From Pristiophorus japonicus (taxonomy: Eukaryota), in NCBI RefSeq assembly GCF_044704955.1, contig NC_091995.1, positions 17,980,001-18,044,000 on the forward strand: a stretch of 64,000 bases of DNA, read 5' to 3'. The notes beneath the pieces were generated by a model. The model searched no databases. It was not told where the DNA came from and saw only the letters and a program-made list of their open reading frames with translations. A program made the translations under genes and the position numbers. Shown here one piece after another: positions 49,675-63,000 of this stretch (positions within the stretch are counted from its first letter, which is position 1; each line of letters begins with the position of its first letter).

Positions 49675-50662
49675 GTAAATGAAATGAGTCACGGACAGGA
49701 ATGCTTCAGTGAAAAATCGTACTTATATTTATTTGGTCTAACATACACTGACTAAAACATGCACTACTAAACAAAATCACTGTCTCTGTGCAGAATAAAA
49801 TCCAGGTTACAAACAACATACATACAGTACAGAAATGAGACCAAGTAACATGCAGTAATTCTCTAGTGGATTCTAACTTCACCCCCACCAATGAATTACC
49901 CAGTCGAAGCTTCCTCCCCAGAATTGCCCTGAGAAGATTCACTTCTGAGGAAACCCTGAGCCCTTAGTCTCACCCAGCTTGGGACGCTCGCGATTATGCT
50001 CACCACTACACACACAGTTGGTTTCCTCGCTCAGCTCAGCTGTGGGCAGTTACTGCCTGCTGGTTTTCAGTCTTGGTGGCTTTGTCTGTGGAACTGCGGC
50101 TTCTTCCTCTGGTACATCGATATTGGTGGAGCGAGAGTGAGAGGGAGAGAGAGCCCTCTCTAGATACAAGCTGCAAGCTCCAAGCTTCACTCCAAGCTCC
50201 AAGCTAAAAATAAAGTGGAAAGATCCTGTCTTTATGGGAGTCTTGCTATCCCTATCTTTCCCGTCAATCTTTAAAATCCCTTTGCTTCTAAGCACGAGTA
50301 CTTAGTCAGTGATGGGCTATTCAACCCATGTGTATTGGACTGATGGCCCTTAATCTGGGCATCTCTCCGAGTCTTTGTGTTGGGAAAGACCCGGCTCCTC
50401 TTTGGCTGGCCAAGCTAGCGGGTTCATTGTTCTGTTTTCCTTCTGAGATGGAGGTGAGAAGTTCTTTTGCATATTAGAGTGGCTTTGTCAGTGCCCCCCC
50501 TTCCTGGCCGACAGTTCTTTTGTCAATGGAAGACTGACAGTTCTTTTGTCACATCTAAATGCCATGCGGTCTCTGGAGTTTTAACAAAAACCAACACAGG
50601 GAAAATACCCTCAGAAAAATAAAATCCACGAAATATTCTCGACTGAGTTCATTCTTTAAACA
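49675..50662 (-). mobile_element. Possible LTR-like sequence next to env copy 2
   Basis: TGT...ACA ends and a minus-strand AATAAA near the left end. No PBS, TSD or partner LTR found. Confidence 0.3.
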
Positions 50663-53600
50663 GAAACTTTGTGATCTCTTCAGGAGAGAGCTGGGGGGGT
50701 TGGGGGGTGGGGGGGGGGGGAGAGAGCGCTTTGAGAAATTGAGGGGTGGGGAGAGAGAGGTTGGGGGGCGGGGAAGAGAGCGAGATTTGGGAGAGAGCGA
50801 GAGCTTGGGGGAAGGGAGAGCTTGGGGAGAGGAAGAGAGTGAGCTGGGGCGGGGTGGGTGGGAGAGAGACATAGAGCTTGGGTGGAAGAGAGAGCTTGGG
50901 AGGAGTGCACAGAGAGATAGCTTGGGGAGGACAGAGAGCCTGGGGGAGTGGAGGGAGAGAGCTTGTGGGGGTGAGAGAGAGCTTTTGGGGGGTTAAGATA
51001 GAGCGTTAGGGGGGAGAGAGAGGGAGAGCCTAGGTGGGGGGCAGAGAGAGAGAGCTTGGAGGGGGGGGAGGAGAGAGAGAGCTTGGGGGAGGAGAGGTAG
51101 AGAGAGCTTGGGGTGGGACAGAGAGAGAGAGATAGTGAAAGGGCTTGGGCGGAGGAAGAGAGCATGGTGGGGGGGAGAAAGAGCACTTGGGGAGGAAAGA
51201 GAGAGCTTGGGAAGAGAAATAGAGCGAGCTTGGGGGTAAGGGAGAGCTTGGGGGGCGGGGTGGGAGAGAGATATTGGGGGGAAGAGAGAGCATGTCGGGG
51301 GGAGACAGAGGGAGAGCCTGGGGAGGGGAGTCAGAGATACAGAGCTTGGGGGGGGAGAGAGAGAGAGAGCTTGGTGGGGGAGGGCGAGAGAAACAGCCTC
51401 GGGGGTGGGGAGAGAGAGAGAGTGCAAGCTTGGGATGGGAGAGAAAGAGAAATAGAGAGAGAGCTTGGGGCGGGAGGGAGAGAGAGGGCGAGCTTAGGGG
51501 TGGGGAAGAGAGAGGGATAGCTTGGGGTGGTGGAGTGAGAGAGAGCTTGGAAGGGAGCGATTGCTTGTGGGGGAGGGGGGAGAGTGAGCGAGCTTGGGTA
51601 GGAGAGAGAGCTTGGGGGTGGGAGAGAGAGAGAGAGCTTGGGGGGAGAGAGAGAGAGAGCTTGCGGGGGGGTGGGGGGGTGAGAGAGAGAGAGAACTTGG
51701 GGGGAGAGAGAGTTTGGGGGATGGAGGAGAGAGAGCTTGGTGGGGGTGGAAAGAGAGCGAGCTTGGGGCTAAAGAGAGTGAGAGAGCTTAGGGGGTGAGA
51801 CAGAGCATGGGGAAGGGGAAGAGAGGGAAAGCTTGGGGGGGCAGAGAGAGAGAGAGCTTGCGGGGAGATAGAGAGAGAGAGAGCTTGGGGGAGAGGGAGA
51901 GAGACTTTGGGAGATGAGGGAGAGAGAGCTTGGTGGGGGGGAGAGAGAAAGAGAGCATGGGGGGAAGAGAGAGAGCTTGAGGGGTGAGGGAGAGTTTGGG
52001 GGTGGTAAGACAGAGCATGGGGGGCAGAGAGAGGGAGAGCCTGTGTGGGGGGGACAGAGAGAGAGAGATAGTGAGAGAGCTTGTGATGGAGGGAGAGAGC
52101 TTGGAGGACAGAGAGAGAGCTTGGGGGGAGAAAGAAGAGAGAGCTTGGGGGTAAGAGACAGCTTGGGGAAGGGGAGAGAGGGAGCTTGGGGAGGGAGACA
52201 GAGAAAGAGAAAGAGAGAGCTTGGGGAAAGAGAGAGCTTGGGGACAGGAGGAGAGAGAGAGAGAGCTTGGGAGGACAGAGTTTCGGGGGAAAGAGAGAAC
52301 TTGCGGGGCGGAGCACAGAGGAAGAGCTTGGCGGGGACAGAGAGCCTGAGGGTGGAGAGAGAGAGAGAGCTTGAGCTTGCGGGGGGTGGGGGGGAGAAGG
52401 TGGAAGCTTTGGGGGAGAGAGAGTTTGGGGGATGGAGGAGAGAGAGCTTGGGTGGGGGGGGGGGAAAGAGAGAGCTAAGGTCTAAAGCGAGTGTGAGAGA
52501 GAGCTTAGATGGTAAGACAGAGCATGGGGGTGGGGGGAGAGAGGGAGAGCGTGGGGGAGAGAGAGACTTTGGGAAATGAGGGAGAGAGAGCTTGTTGGGG
52601 GAGAAGAGAGAGAGAGCTTGGGGAGGAAGAGAGCTTGAGGGGTGAGAGAGAACTTGGGGGGAAAGACAGAGCATGGGGAGGGGGCGGGGAGAGAGAGGGA
52701 GAGTCTGGGGGGGCAGAGAGAGAGAGAAAGCTTGGGTTGATGGTGGACAGAGACAGCTTGGGGTGGGACAGAGAGAGAGAGAGATAGTGAGAGAGCTTGG
52801 GACAGAGGGAGAGATCTTGGGGGGCAGAGAGAGAGCTTGGGGGGGAGAAAGAGAGAGCTTGGGGGTAAGAGAGAGCTTGGGGGCAGGAGAGAGCCCGGGG
52901 AGGGGGGGGGGCAGAGTGAGAGAGCTTGGGGAAGTGGAGAGAGAGTAAGAGAGAGCTTGGCGGGGGGGGAAAGACAGCCTTGGGGATGGGGAGAGAAAGA
53001 GAGACAGTGAGCGAGAGAGCTTGAGGCGGGAGAGAGAGAGAGTGAGCTATATAGAGAGAGTGCTTGGGGCGGGAGGGAGAGAGAGAGAGAGAGAGAGAGA
53101 GCTTGGGGAATGGAGAGAGAGCTTGGCGAGGGGACAAGCGAGAGCTTGCAGGGGGAGAGAGCTTGGTGGGAGGGGGAGAGAGGGAGAGAGAGAGAGAGAG
53201 CTTGGGGCTGGAGAGAGAAAGCGAGAGAGAGCTGCGGGGTGGGGGAGAGAGAGAGCACAGGGGGGGAGTGCGGGGAGAGAGAGCTGGGGGGGAGAGAGGG
53301 AGAGCTTTGGGGGAGAGAGAGAGAGCTTGTGAGGGGGAAGTGTGAGAGAGAACTTGGGTGGTGGAAGAGAGAGCTGGTGGGGAGAGAGCTGGGGGGTGGT
53401 GAGAGAGAGCTTGGGCGGGGAGTGGGAGTGGGGGAGGGGTGGAAATAGAGCCTGGGGATGAGGGGAGAGAGCGAGAGAGAGAGACAGAGGATCTGGGAGG
53501 GAGGGAATGAGAGAGCTTTGGGGTGGGGGGTGAAAGAGAGAGCTTGGGAGGGGGAAGAGAGCATGGGGGGAGGAGGGAAGAGAGAGAGAGAGAGAGAGCT

Positions 53601-54665
53601 TGCTGGGGGGGAGAGAGAGGGAGTTTGTGGAATGAGTGGGTTTGGGGGGCAAGGGAGCTTGCGGGGGGTAGAGAGAGAGAGAGCCTGGCGGGGCAGAGAG
53701 AGAGCTTGGGGCGGGGGAGGGAGAGGGCGAGGGAAAGATAGTGAGAGTGCTTGGGGCGTGAGGGAGAGAGAGAGCTTGGGGGGCAGAGAGAGAGAGCTTG
53801 AGGGAGAGAGAGCTTGGGGGAGAACGAGAGATAGCTTCGAGGTAAGAGTGAGCTTGGGGGTAAGAGAGAGCTTGGGCTGGGGGGTCGGGGGTGGGAGAGA
53901 GAGCTTGGGGGGGTGAAGAGTCAGCTTGTGGGAGGGGAGACAGAGGGAGAGCCTGGGGAAGAGGTGCAGAGAGAGAGCTTGGGGGAGAGAGAGAAGGAGA
54001 GCATAGGGGGGTGGGGGGAAGAGAGAGTTTGCGGGGGAGAGAGCTTGGGTGGCGGGGGAAGGGGAGAGTGGGCTTGCAGGGGACAAGGGAGCCTGAGACT
54101 GAGAAAGCTTGGGGCTGGAGAGAGAGGGAGAGAGAGAGAGCTTGGGAGTGGGGGGAGAGACAGAGAGAGCCTGGGAGGGGGGAGGGAGAGAGAGAGAGAT
54201 CTTGGGGAGCAGAGATTGCTTGGGGGGAAGAGAGTGAGAGCTTGGGGGGGTGGAAGAGAGTGAGAGAGCTATGGGGGGGGAGGAGAGAGCATTTGGGGGG
54301 TAGAGTGAGTGAGAGCTTGGCGGGGGAGAGAGAGCTTGCAGTGGGGTAGAGTGCTTGGGTGAGAGAGAGAGCTTGGGGTAGGTGGGGAGGGGGAGAGAGA
54401 GTTGCGGGGTAGAGAGAGTTTTGGGGAGTGGGGGAGGGGAAAGAAAGCTTGGGGGAAGAGAGAGCTTTGCAGGGAGAGAGATTGGGCAGGGAAAAAGAGA
54501 GAAAGAGCATGGGGGTGAAAAAGAGATCACTTGTGGAGGGGGAGCGAGAGCTTCCGGGGGGTGATTGAGGGAGAGAGCTTGGAGGGGGGAGAGAGTGCTT
54601 GGGGAAGGGGGGTGGAAGAAAGTTGGGAAGGGTGGAGGAAGAGAGATAGAGAGAACTTGGGGTGG

Positions 54666-54713
<48 letters not shown>

Positions 54714-55585
54714 GGTGGGGAGAGAGAGTTTGGAGGAGGAAAGAGAGAGAGAGAGAACTTGGGTGGGAGAGAGAGAGAACGACAGCTTGGGGGAGGGGAA
54801 GAGAGAGAGAGTTTGGGGGGAGAAAAAGTGGTGGGGGGGGAGTGAGACCTTGCCAGGAGGTGGTGCGGCTGAGAGAGAGAGCCTGGGGGGAGCAGAGAGA
54901 AAGAAAGAGCTTCGGGGGAAAGATTGCTTGTGGGGAGGGGGGTGAGAGAGAGAGAGCTTTGGGAGCAGGTGGGGGAAGAGAGAGGCAGAGCTTGGGAGGG
55001 AGAGATTGCTTGGGTGGAGGAGAGAGAGAGAAAGCTTGGGGGAAGGAAAGAGAGAGAGAGAGCTTGCGGAGGGAGAGAGAGAGAGCTTGGGGGGGGGAAG
55101 TGAGCTTGAGGGGAGAGGGAGCTTGGGGGGTGAGAGAGAGAGCGTTGGGGGGAGAGAGAGAGTGCTTGGGGGATGGAAGAGGGAGAGCTTGGGATGCGAG
55201 AGAGCTTACAGGGGGTGGGGCATAGAGTTGTGGGTGGAGAGAGAGAGAGAGAGCATGGGGCTAGAGAAGAGGGAGAGAGAGAGCACTTGGGGGTGGGGAT
55301 GAGAGCGAGCCTGGGGGGTGGGGGGAGAGAGAGATGGCATGTGAGGGGGGAGGGAGAGAGAGAGATTGGGGCTGGGGGTGAAACAGAGAGGTTGAGGGCA
55401 AAGACAAAGAGAGAATTTGGGGTGCTGAGACGCTTGGGGGGGAGGGGAGTGAGTGTGAGCTTGGAGGGGCGGAAGTGAGAGAGAGTGGTGTGGGAGAAGA
55501 GAGCATTCAGGGGTAGAGAGGGTGAGAGCTTGGCGGCGAGAGAGAGCTTGCAGAGGAGGTAGAGCGCTTGGGCGGGGAGGGGAGG

Positions 55586-55783
55586 TGTTATGTATGTAAA
55601 CCTTACCAATGTGTAAGATTTGCCACCAGGGGGCGCAAGGGTCACCTGCACACCCTGGGCAAGCAGGTATAAAAGGCAATCCACCATGCTGCCTCCTCGC
55701 TCTGGAGTTACAATAAAGAGACCAAGTCCACAACAGTTTGAGCTTAAGATATACAGTCTTGTGGAGTTATTCTAAACGTAACA
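55586..55783 (+). mobile_element. Solo LTR (Gypsy-like), copy 1
   Basis: TGTTA...TAACA termini, TATAAAA, AATAAA; near-copy at 59806. Confidence 0.85.
55623..55636 (+). promoter_or_regulatory. CTCF core motif in solo LTR
   Basis: CCACCAGGGGGCGC matches the canonical CTCF consensus; binding not shown. Confidence 0.55.
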
Positions 55784-58700
55784 GGGGCAGCGAGAGAGAG
55801 AGAGAGCTTCGGGGTGGGGGGGAATTGGAGAGAACGAGAAAGAGAGATTAGGGGTGGGGAGAGATGGCTTGGGGGAAGAGAGAGAGAGCTTGGGGGGAGA
55901 GAGAGCTTAGCGGGTACAGAGAATCAGAATGTGAGGGGGAGAGAGAGCTTGCGGGGGGAGGGGGTTGGGTCGAGAGCTTGGGGGAGAGAGAGAGGGAGAG
56001 CTTGGTGGAGGGAGAGAGAGCTTAGAGGGGGGAGAGAGAGCGAGAGAGCTTGGAAGGGGAAGAGAGAGCTTGGGGGAAAAGAGAGTTTGGGAGGGTGAGA
56101 GAGTGCTTGGCGGGGGGTTAGAGCTTGGGGGTGGGGAGAGAGAGAGCGAGAGAGATTTAGGGCGGACAGAGCTCGGGGGAGGGGAGAGAGAGAGAGAGCT
56201 TTCAGGGCAGAGGGAGAGTGAGAGAGAGCTTGGTGGGATGGGAGGAGGGAGCACTTGGAGGGTAGAGAAAGTGAGAGCTTGGGGGGCAGAGAGAGCTTGT
56301 GGGGGGGGAGGTAGAGAGCTTGGGGGGAGAGAGAGAGCGAGAGCTTGGGGCTGGAGAGAGAGTGAGAGAGCTTGGGTGGGGGAGTGGGGTGGGAGAGCGA
56401 GCCTGGGGGATGGGGGGGAGAGAGAGTGACAGAAGATCTGGGAGGGAGGGAGGGAGGGAGAGAGAGAGCTTGGGTGTGGGGGGTGAAAAAGAGAGCTTGG
56501 GAGGGGGAACTGCGAGAGCATGGGAGGGGGGGGAAGAGAGAGAGAGAGCCTGGGGGTGAGTGACCTTGTGGGGGGTAGGGAGCTTGGTGGGGGGGGGGAG
56601 AGCGAGAGGGAGAGATAGTGAGAGAGCTTGGGGCGGGAGGGAGAGAGAGAGCTTGGGGGCAGAGAGAGAGCTTGGCGGGGAGAGAGAGCTTGGGGTTAGA
56701 AAGAGAGATAGCTTTGGGGTAAGAGTGAGCTTGGGGGTAAGAGAGAGCTTGGGATAGGGGGCGGGGCTGGAGAGAGAGCTTGAGGGGGGATGAGAGCGCA
56801 TGTGGGAGGGGAGACAGAGGGCGAGCCTGGGGAGGGGGTGCAGAGAGATAGAGCTTGGGGGGGAGAGAGAGAGGGAGAGCTTGGGGAGGGGGGGAAAGAT
56901 AGAGCTTGTGGAGGAGAGAGCTTGGGATGGGGGTGCGGGGGAGACGAAAGAGCATGGGGATGAGAGAGCTTGAGGCTGGGAAAAAAGAGAGAGTGCTTGG
57001 GGGTGGGGGGGAGAGCGAGCCTGGGGGTGGGGGCAGAGAGAGGGAGAGAGAGAGAGAGCCTGGGATTGTGGGAGGGAGAGAGAGAGAGCTTGGGGAGCAG
57101 AGATTGCTTGGGGGTGGGGAAGAGAGTGAGAGCTTGGGGGGCGGAAGAGAGTGAGAGAGCTATGGTGGGGGAGGAGAGAGCATTTGGGGGAAGCGAGAGT
57201 GAGAGCTTTCTGGTGGCGGGGGGGGGGGGAGAGAGCTTGCAGGGGGAGAGAGAGAGCTTGGGGGCGGTAATGAAAGCTTGGGGGGGCGAGGAGGAGGGGA
57301 GAGAGAGCTTGGGGGGTAGAGAGAGTTTGGGGAGTGGGGGAGGGGGAAAGAAAGCTTGGGGCTGAAGAGAGAGCTTGGCAGGGAGAGAGCATGGGCAGGG
57401 GAAAAGAGAGAGAAAGAGCATGGGAGTGGAAGAGAGAGCGCTTGTGGTGAGGTGCGGGGGAGAGAGAGAGAGAGCTTTGGGGGGGAGAGAGAGAGAGAGA
57501 GAGCTTGGGAGACTTGGGGGCGGGGAGAGAAAGCTTGCAAAGGGGGTGGAGAGCTTGGGGGGGCGGCTGAGAAATAGAGAGAAATCCTGGGGGGTGGGAG
57601 GAGAGAGAGTGAGAGAGAGATCTTGGGGCTGGAGCGAGAGAGAGAGAGAGAGCTTGCTGGGGAGGGGGGAGCAAGCCTGCAGGGTGGGGGAAAAGAGAGA
57701 GAGAGAGACAGAGAACCTGGGAGGGAGGGGGGGAGAGAGAGAGCTTGGGGGGGGGGGTGGTGAAACAGAGAGCTTCAGAGGGGGATGTGTGAGAGAGAGC
57801 ATGGGGGCGGGGAGGAAGAGAGAGAGAGCTTGACAAGGGAGAGAGAGAGAGTTTGGGGGGGAAGTAAGCTTGGGGGCGAAGGAGCTTGGGGGGGCGAGAG
57901 AGAGATGAAGCTTGGGGGGGAGAGAGAGAGTGTGAGGGCTTGGAGCTGAAGAGAGAGAGAACTTGGGCGGGGGGGTGGGGAGCGAGCCTGAGGGGTGGCG
58001 GGAGAGAGAGAGATAGAAGATCCGTGAGGGAGGGAGGGAGGGAGAGAGAGCTTGGGGGTGGGGGGTGAAAGAGAGAGCTTGGGAGGGGGAAGAGCAAGAG
58101 CATGGGGAGCAGAGAGAGAACTTGGGGAGAAAGAGAGAGAGCTTCGGGGTAAGAGTGAGCTTGGGGTTAAGAGAGAGCTTGGGGTGGGGGGGCGGATGTG
58201 GGAGAGAGAGCTTGAGGGAGGAAGAGAGTGCGTGTGGGAAGGGAGGCAGATGGAGAGTCTGGGGAGGGGATGCAGAGAGAGAGAGCTGGGGGTGAGAGAG
58301 AGAGGGTGAGCTTGGGGAGTGGGGGGAAGATAGAGCTTGTGGGGGAGAGAGTTTGGGGGGGCGGGGGAGGGTGAGAGTGGGCTTGGGGGGGACAAGAGAG
58401 CCTGGGGATGAGAGAGCTTGGGGTTGGAGAAAGAGGAAGAGAGAGAGGTTGGGATGGTGGGGGAGAGTGAGCCTGGGGGTTGGGGGAGAGAAAGAGCCTG
58501 GGAGTGGGGGAGGGAGAGAGAGAGAGAGCTTGGGGAGCAGAGATTGCTTGGGGGGGGAAGAGAGTGAGAGCTTGGGGGGCGGAAGAGAGTGAGAGAGCTA
58601 TGGTGGGGAAGGAGAGAGCGTTTGAGGAGAAGATAGAGTGTGAGCTTGGCTGGAGGGAGAGAGCTTGCAGGGGGAGAGGGAGAGCTGAGGCAGTATTGAG

Positions 58701-59805
58701 AGTTTGTGGGGTAGAGAGAGTTTGGGCAAGTGGGGGAGGGGGAGAGAAAGCTTGGGGAGGAAGAGGGAGCTTGGGATGGAGAGAGCTTGGGTGGGGGAAA
58801 AGAGAGAGAAAGAGCATGGGAGTGGAAGAGAGAGCGCTTGTGAGGGATGGGGGGGAGAGCTTCCGGGGGCTGATTGAGGGAGACAGCTTGGGGGGGAGTA
58901 TGTGCTTGGTGTGGGGGGTACAGAGGATTTGGGAGGGTGAGGGAAGAGAGATAGAGAGAGCTTGTGGGAGAGAGAGAGAGAGAGCTTGCAGGGGAGAGAG
59001 AGAGCTGGGGGGGGCGGAGAGAGAGAGCTTGCTGGGAGGGAGAGAGCTTACGGGGTGGAGAGAGAGCTTGGGTGGTGGGGTAGTGAGACCTTGCCTGGCG
59101 GTGGGGCGGTTGAGAGAGAGAGCTTGGGGGGGTGTGGGAGGAGAGAGAACGAAAGAGCTTCGGAGGGAGAGATTGCTTGTGGGGGGCGGCTGAGAGAGAG
59201 TGAGTGAGCTTTGCGGGTGGGGGGGCAGAGAGAGAGCTTGGGAGACTTGGGGGTGGGGAGAGAAAGCTTACAGAGGGGGTGAAGCGCTTGGGGTGATGGC
59301 TGAGAGAGAGAGAGAAATCCTGCGGGGTAGGAGGAGAGAGAGAGAGCGAGAGAGAGAGAGAGAGCTTGGGGTTGGAGAGAGAGAGAGAGAGTTTGCTGGG
59401 GAGGGGGGAGTGAGCCTGGGGAGTGAGGGAAAAGAGAGAGAGAGAGAGCTTGCAGTGGAGAGAGAGAGAGAGCTTGGGGAATGAAGTGAGCTTGGGGGGA
59501 GAGAAGTTTGGGGGCGAGAGAGAGAGAGAGCTTGGGGAGGAAAGAGAGAGAGAGAGCTTGGGAGGACGAGAGAGAGAGAGCTTGGGGGTGTAAGAGAGAG
59601 AACTTGGGAGGGAGAGAGAGCTTTGGGGGACAGAGAGAGAAGGAGCTTGGGGTGAAGGGAGCTTGGGGATGGGGGTGAAACTGACAGGTTGGGGTGTGAA
59701 GAAAGAGAGAGAATTTGGCGGGGCAGAGATTGCTTTGGGGGGAGAGAGAGTGAGAGCGTGGGGTGGGAGAGAGAGCTTGCAGAGGGGGTAGAGAGCTTGG
59801 GGGGG

Positions 59806-60018
59806 TGTTATGTATGTAAACATTACCAATGTGTAATATTTGCCACCAGGGGTCACACCTGTGGGAGACCCAAGTGTCACCTGCACACCCTGGGCAAGCA
59901 GGTATAAAAGCCAGTCCACCATGCTGCCTCCTCACTCTGGAGTTACAATAAAGAGACCAAGGTCACAACAGTTTGAGCTTAAGATATACAGTCTTGTGGA
60001 GTTATTCTAAACATAACA
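59806..60018 (+). mobile_element. Solo LTR (Gypsy-like), copy 2
   Basis: TGTTATG...CATAACA termini, flanked by GGGG on both sides; same flanks as copy 1. Confidence 0.85.
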
Positions 60019-63000
60019 GGGGCAGCGAGAGAGAGAGCTTGCGGGGTGGGGGGGGGGCGCGAGAGAGAGAGAGATTGTGGGGAAGAGAGACAGAGCTTGG
60101 GGGAGAGAGAGCTTCGGGGATAGAGAGAATCAGAGCTTGAGGGGAGAGAGACCTTGCAGAGGAGTAGAGAGTTGGGGGGGGGGGAGAGAGAGAGGGAGGG
60201 CTTGGAGGGAGAGAGAGCTTGGTGGGGGGGAGAGAGAGCTTGGGAGGGGGAGAGAGAGCTTGGGGGGGAGAGAGTTTGGGAGGGTGAGAGATTGCTTGGC
60301 AGAGGGGCAGTAGAGCTTGGGGGCAGGGAGAGGGAGAGCGAGAGAGATTTGGGGGGCGAGAGCTTGGCGGGGAGAAAGAAAGAGCTTTCGCGGGGGAGGG
60401 AGAGAGAGCATGGGGGTTGGGGAGGAGAGAGCGCTTAGAGGGTAGAGAGAGTGAGTGCTTGGGGGGCAGAGCGAGCTTGCAGGGGAGGTAGAGAGCTTGG
60501 GAGAGGGAGGGGAGGGAGAGAGAGAGAGCAAGAGCTTTTGGGGGGAGAGAGAGATTGAGAGAGCTTGGGAGGAGGAGTGAGAGCTTGGGAGGGAGAGATA
60601 GTTTGGTAGGGTGAGACAGTGCTTGGCAAGGTGGGGTAGAGCTTGGGAGCGGGGAGAGGGAGAGGGAGAGATTTGGGGAAGGGAAGAGAGTTTGTGGGGA
60701 GAAAGAGAGAGAGCTTGTGGTGGACAGATTGCTTGGGGGGGAGAGAAAGAGAGAGCTTGGGGGTGTCGAGAGAGAGAGAGAGCTTGGGGGTGGGAAGAGA
60801 GAGAGAGAGCTTGGGGAGGTAGAGAGAGAGAGAACTTGGGTGGGTAGAGAGAGAGAGAGAGAGAGCATGCAGAGGGCCGAGGGAGAGAGAGAGCTTTGGG
60901 GGGAGGGGGGAGTGAGAGATTGTGAGGGCTGAGATTGCTTTGGGGGGGAGAGAGAAAGAGAGCTTGGGGGGAAGAAAGAGAGAGATTGGCGGGGAGGAGA
61001 GAGATCTTGGGGGGCAAGGAGTGAGCTTGGGGGGCAGAGAGATAGAGCTTTGGGGGGGGGGAAGTAAGCTTGGGGGAGAGAGAGCTTGGGGTGAGAGAGA
61101 GAGTGTGAGAGCTTGGGGCTGGAGAGAGAGAGAACTTGGGCAGGGGGGGAGAGCGAGCCTGGAGGGTGGGGGGGGAGAGAGAACCAGAAGATCTGGGAGG
61201 GAGGGAGGGAGTGAGAGAGAGCTTGGGGGGGAGAGAGTGAGAGCTTGCGGGGGGGGGAGGACTTGCAGAAGGATGGAGAGAGCTTGGGGGGGAGAGGGGG
61301 CAGAGAGCGAGCCTGGGGGAGAGGGGTAAGGGAGAGAGAGAGAGGAAGAGCTGGGGATGGAGATGAAAGAGAGACCCTGGAGGGTGGGGAGAGAGAGAGA
61401 GAGGGGGAGCTTGGAGGGAGGGGGGAGAGAGAGAGAGAGCTTGGGGTGGGAGACAGAGAGAAAGAGAGAGAGAGATTCAGGGTGTAGAGAGACAGAGCCT
61501 GGGTGGTTGGGTGAGAGAGAGAGAGAGAGAGAGAGAGATTGGGGGCAAGGGGAAGAGCGAGCTGGGAGGGGGGGCAGTGGGGGTGGGGGGAGAGAGTGAG
61601 AGAGAGAGCTTGGCGGGGGGGGGGGGGAGAGAGTGAGAGAGAGAGCTTGGCGGGAGGGGGGATAGAGAGAGAGAGTTTGTGGGTGGGGGGGGAGACAGAG
61701 AGCTTGGTGGGAGAGAGAGAGAGAGATTGCTGGTAGGGGGGAGAGAGAGCTGGGTGGGTGGGAGGATAGAGAGAGAGTGCTTGGCGAAGGGGGAAGAGAG
61801 AGAGGGAGAGCTTTTGGGGGAGAGAGATACAGAGAGCTTGCGGGGGGGGGAGAGAGAGGGAGCAGAGACTTGTGGGGGAGAGTGAGAGAGAGAGAGCTTG
61901 GGGGAGAGAGAGAGAGAGCTTGGCGGGGGAAGTGATTACTTGCAGGGGGGAGAGAGAGCTTGGGGGGAAGAGAGAGAGGGAGCTTGGGGGGGAGAGGAGA
62001 CAGCTTCCAGTCATGGGGGGGGGGAGAGAGAGCTCGGGGATAGGGAGAAAGAGAGAGCTTTAGGGAGGAAGAGAGAGAGAGAGCTTGGGGGGGGTGGCGA
62101 GAGAGAAAGAGAGCTTGCAGGGGGGGAGAGAGAGAGCTTGGCAGGGAGAAAGAGTGCTTGAAGGGGAGAGAGACATAGCGAGCTTGGGGGGAATAGAGAG
62201 CTTGGGGGGGAGAGAGAGAGAGCTTGTCGGGGAGGAGAGTGAGAGCCTGGGGGGTGGGAGGAGAGAGAGAGCTGGGAGGGAGGGGGCAGAGAGCGAGCCT
62301 GGGGGGTAAGGGAGAGAGAGAGAAAGAGCTGGGGGTGAAAGAGAGAGCTTCGGGGTGGGGATGTAGAGATGCTGGAGGGTGGGGAGAGAGAGAGAGAGAG
62401 TGAGAGAGCTTGGGGGGAAGAAAGAGAGAGGGAGAGATTGGGAGGGGAGAGAGAGAGGTTGGGGCGGCGGGAGAGGGAGAGCCTTGGTGTTGGGGGGGAG
62501 AGAGAGAGAGCTTGGGGCAGGAGACAGAGAGAAAGAGAGAGAGAGCTTCAGGGGGGGGGGGGGTTGGAGAGACAGAGCTGGGGGGTTGGGTGAGAGAGAG
62601 AGAGAGCTTGGGGGCAGGAGGAAGAGCGAGCTGGGAGAGGGGGCTGGTGGGGCTGGGGGGAGAGAGTGAGAGAGAAAGTTTGTACGGTGGGCAGGGGGAG
62701 AGACAGAGAGCTTGGTGGGGAAAGAGAGAGAGAGAGCTTGGGGGTAGAGGGAAGAGAGAGCTGGGTGGTGGGGGGATAGAGAGAGAGTGCTTGGTGGAGG
62801 GGGGGGAGAGAGAGGGAGAGCTTTTTGGGGGGAGAGAGACAGAGAGCTTGGGGAGGGAGAGAGAGCGAGAGAGAGACCTTAGGGCGGGGGGAGAGTGAGA
62901 GAGAGAAAGCTTGTGGGAGAAAAAGAGCTTGGCGGGGGAGAGATTACTTGGGGGGGCAAGAGAGAAAGCTTGGGGGAAAGAGAGAGAGCTTTGCGGGAAA

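Noticed and set aside
49675-50662. 5' LTR of the env copy 2 element
   Set aside because: No PBS, no matching 3' LTR and no TSD seen, so it is kept only as a low-confidence LTR-like feature.
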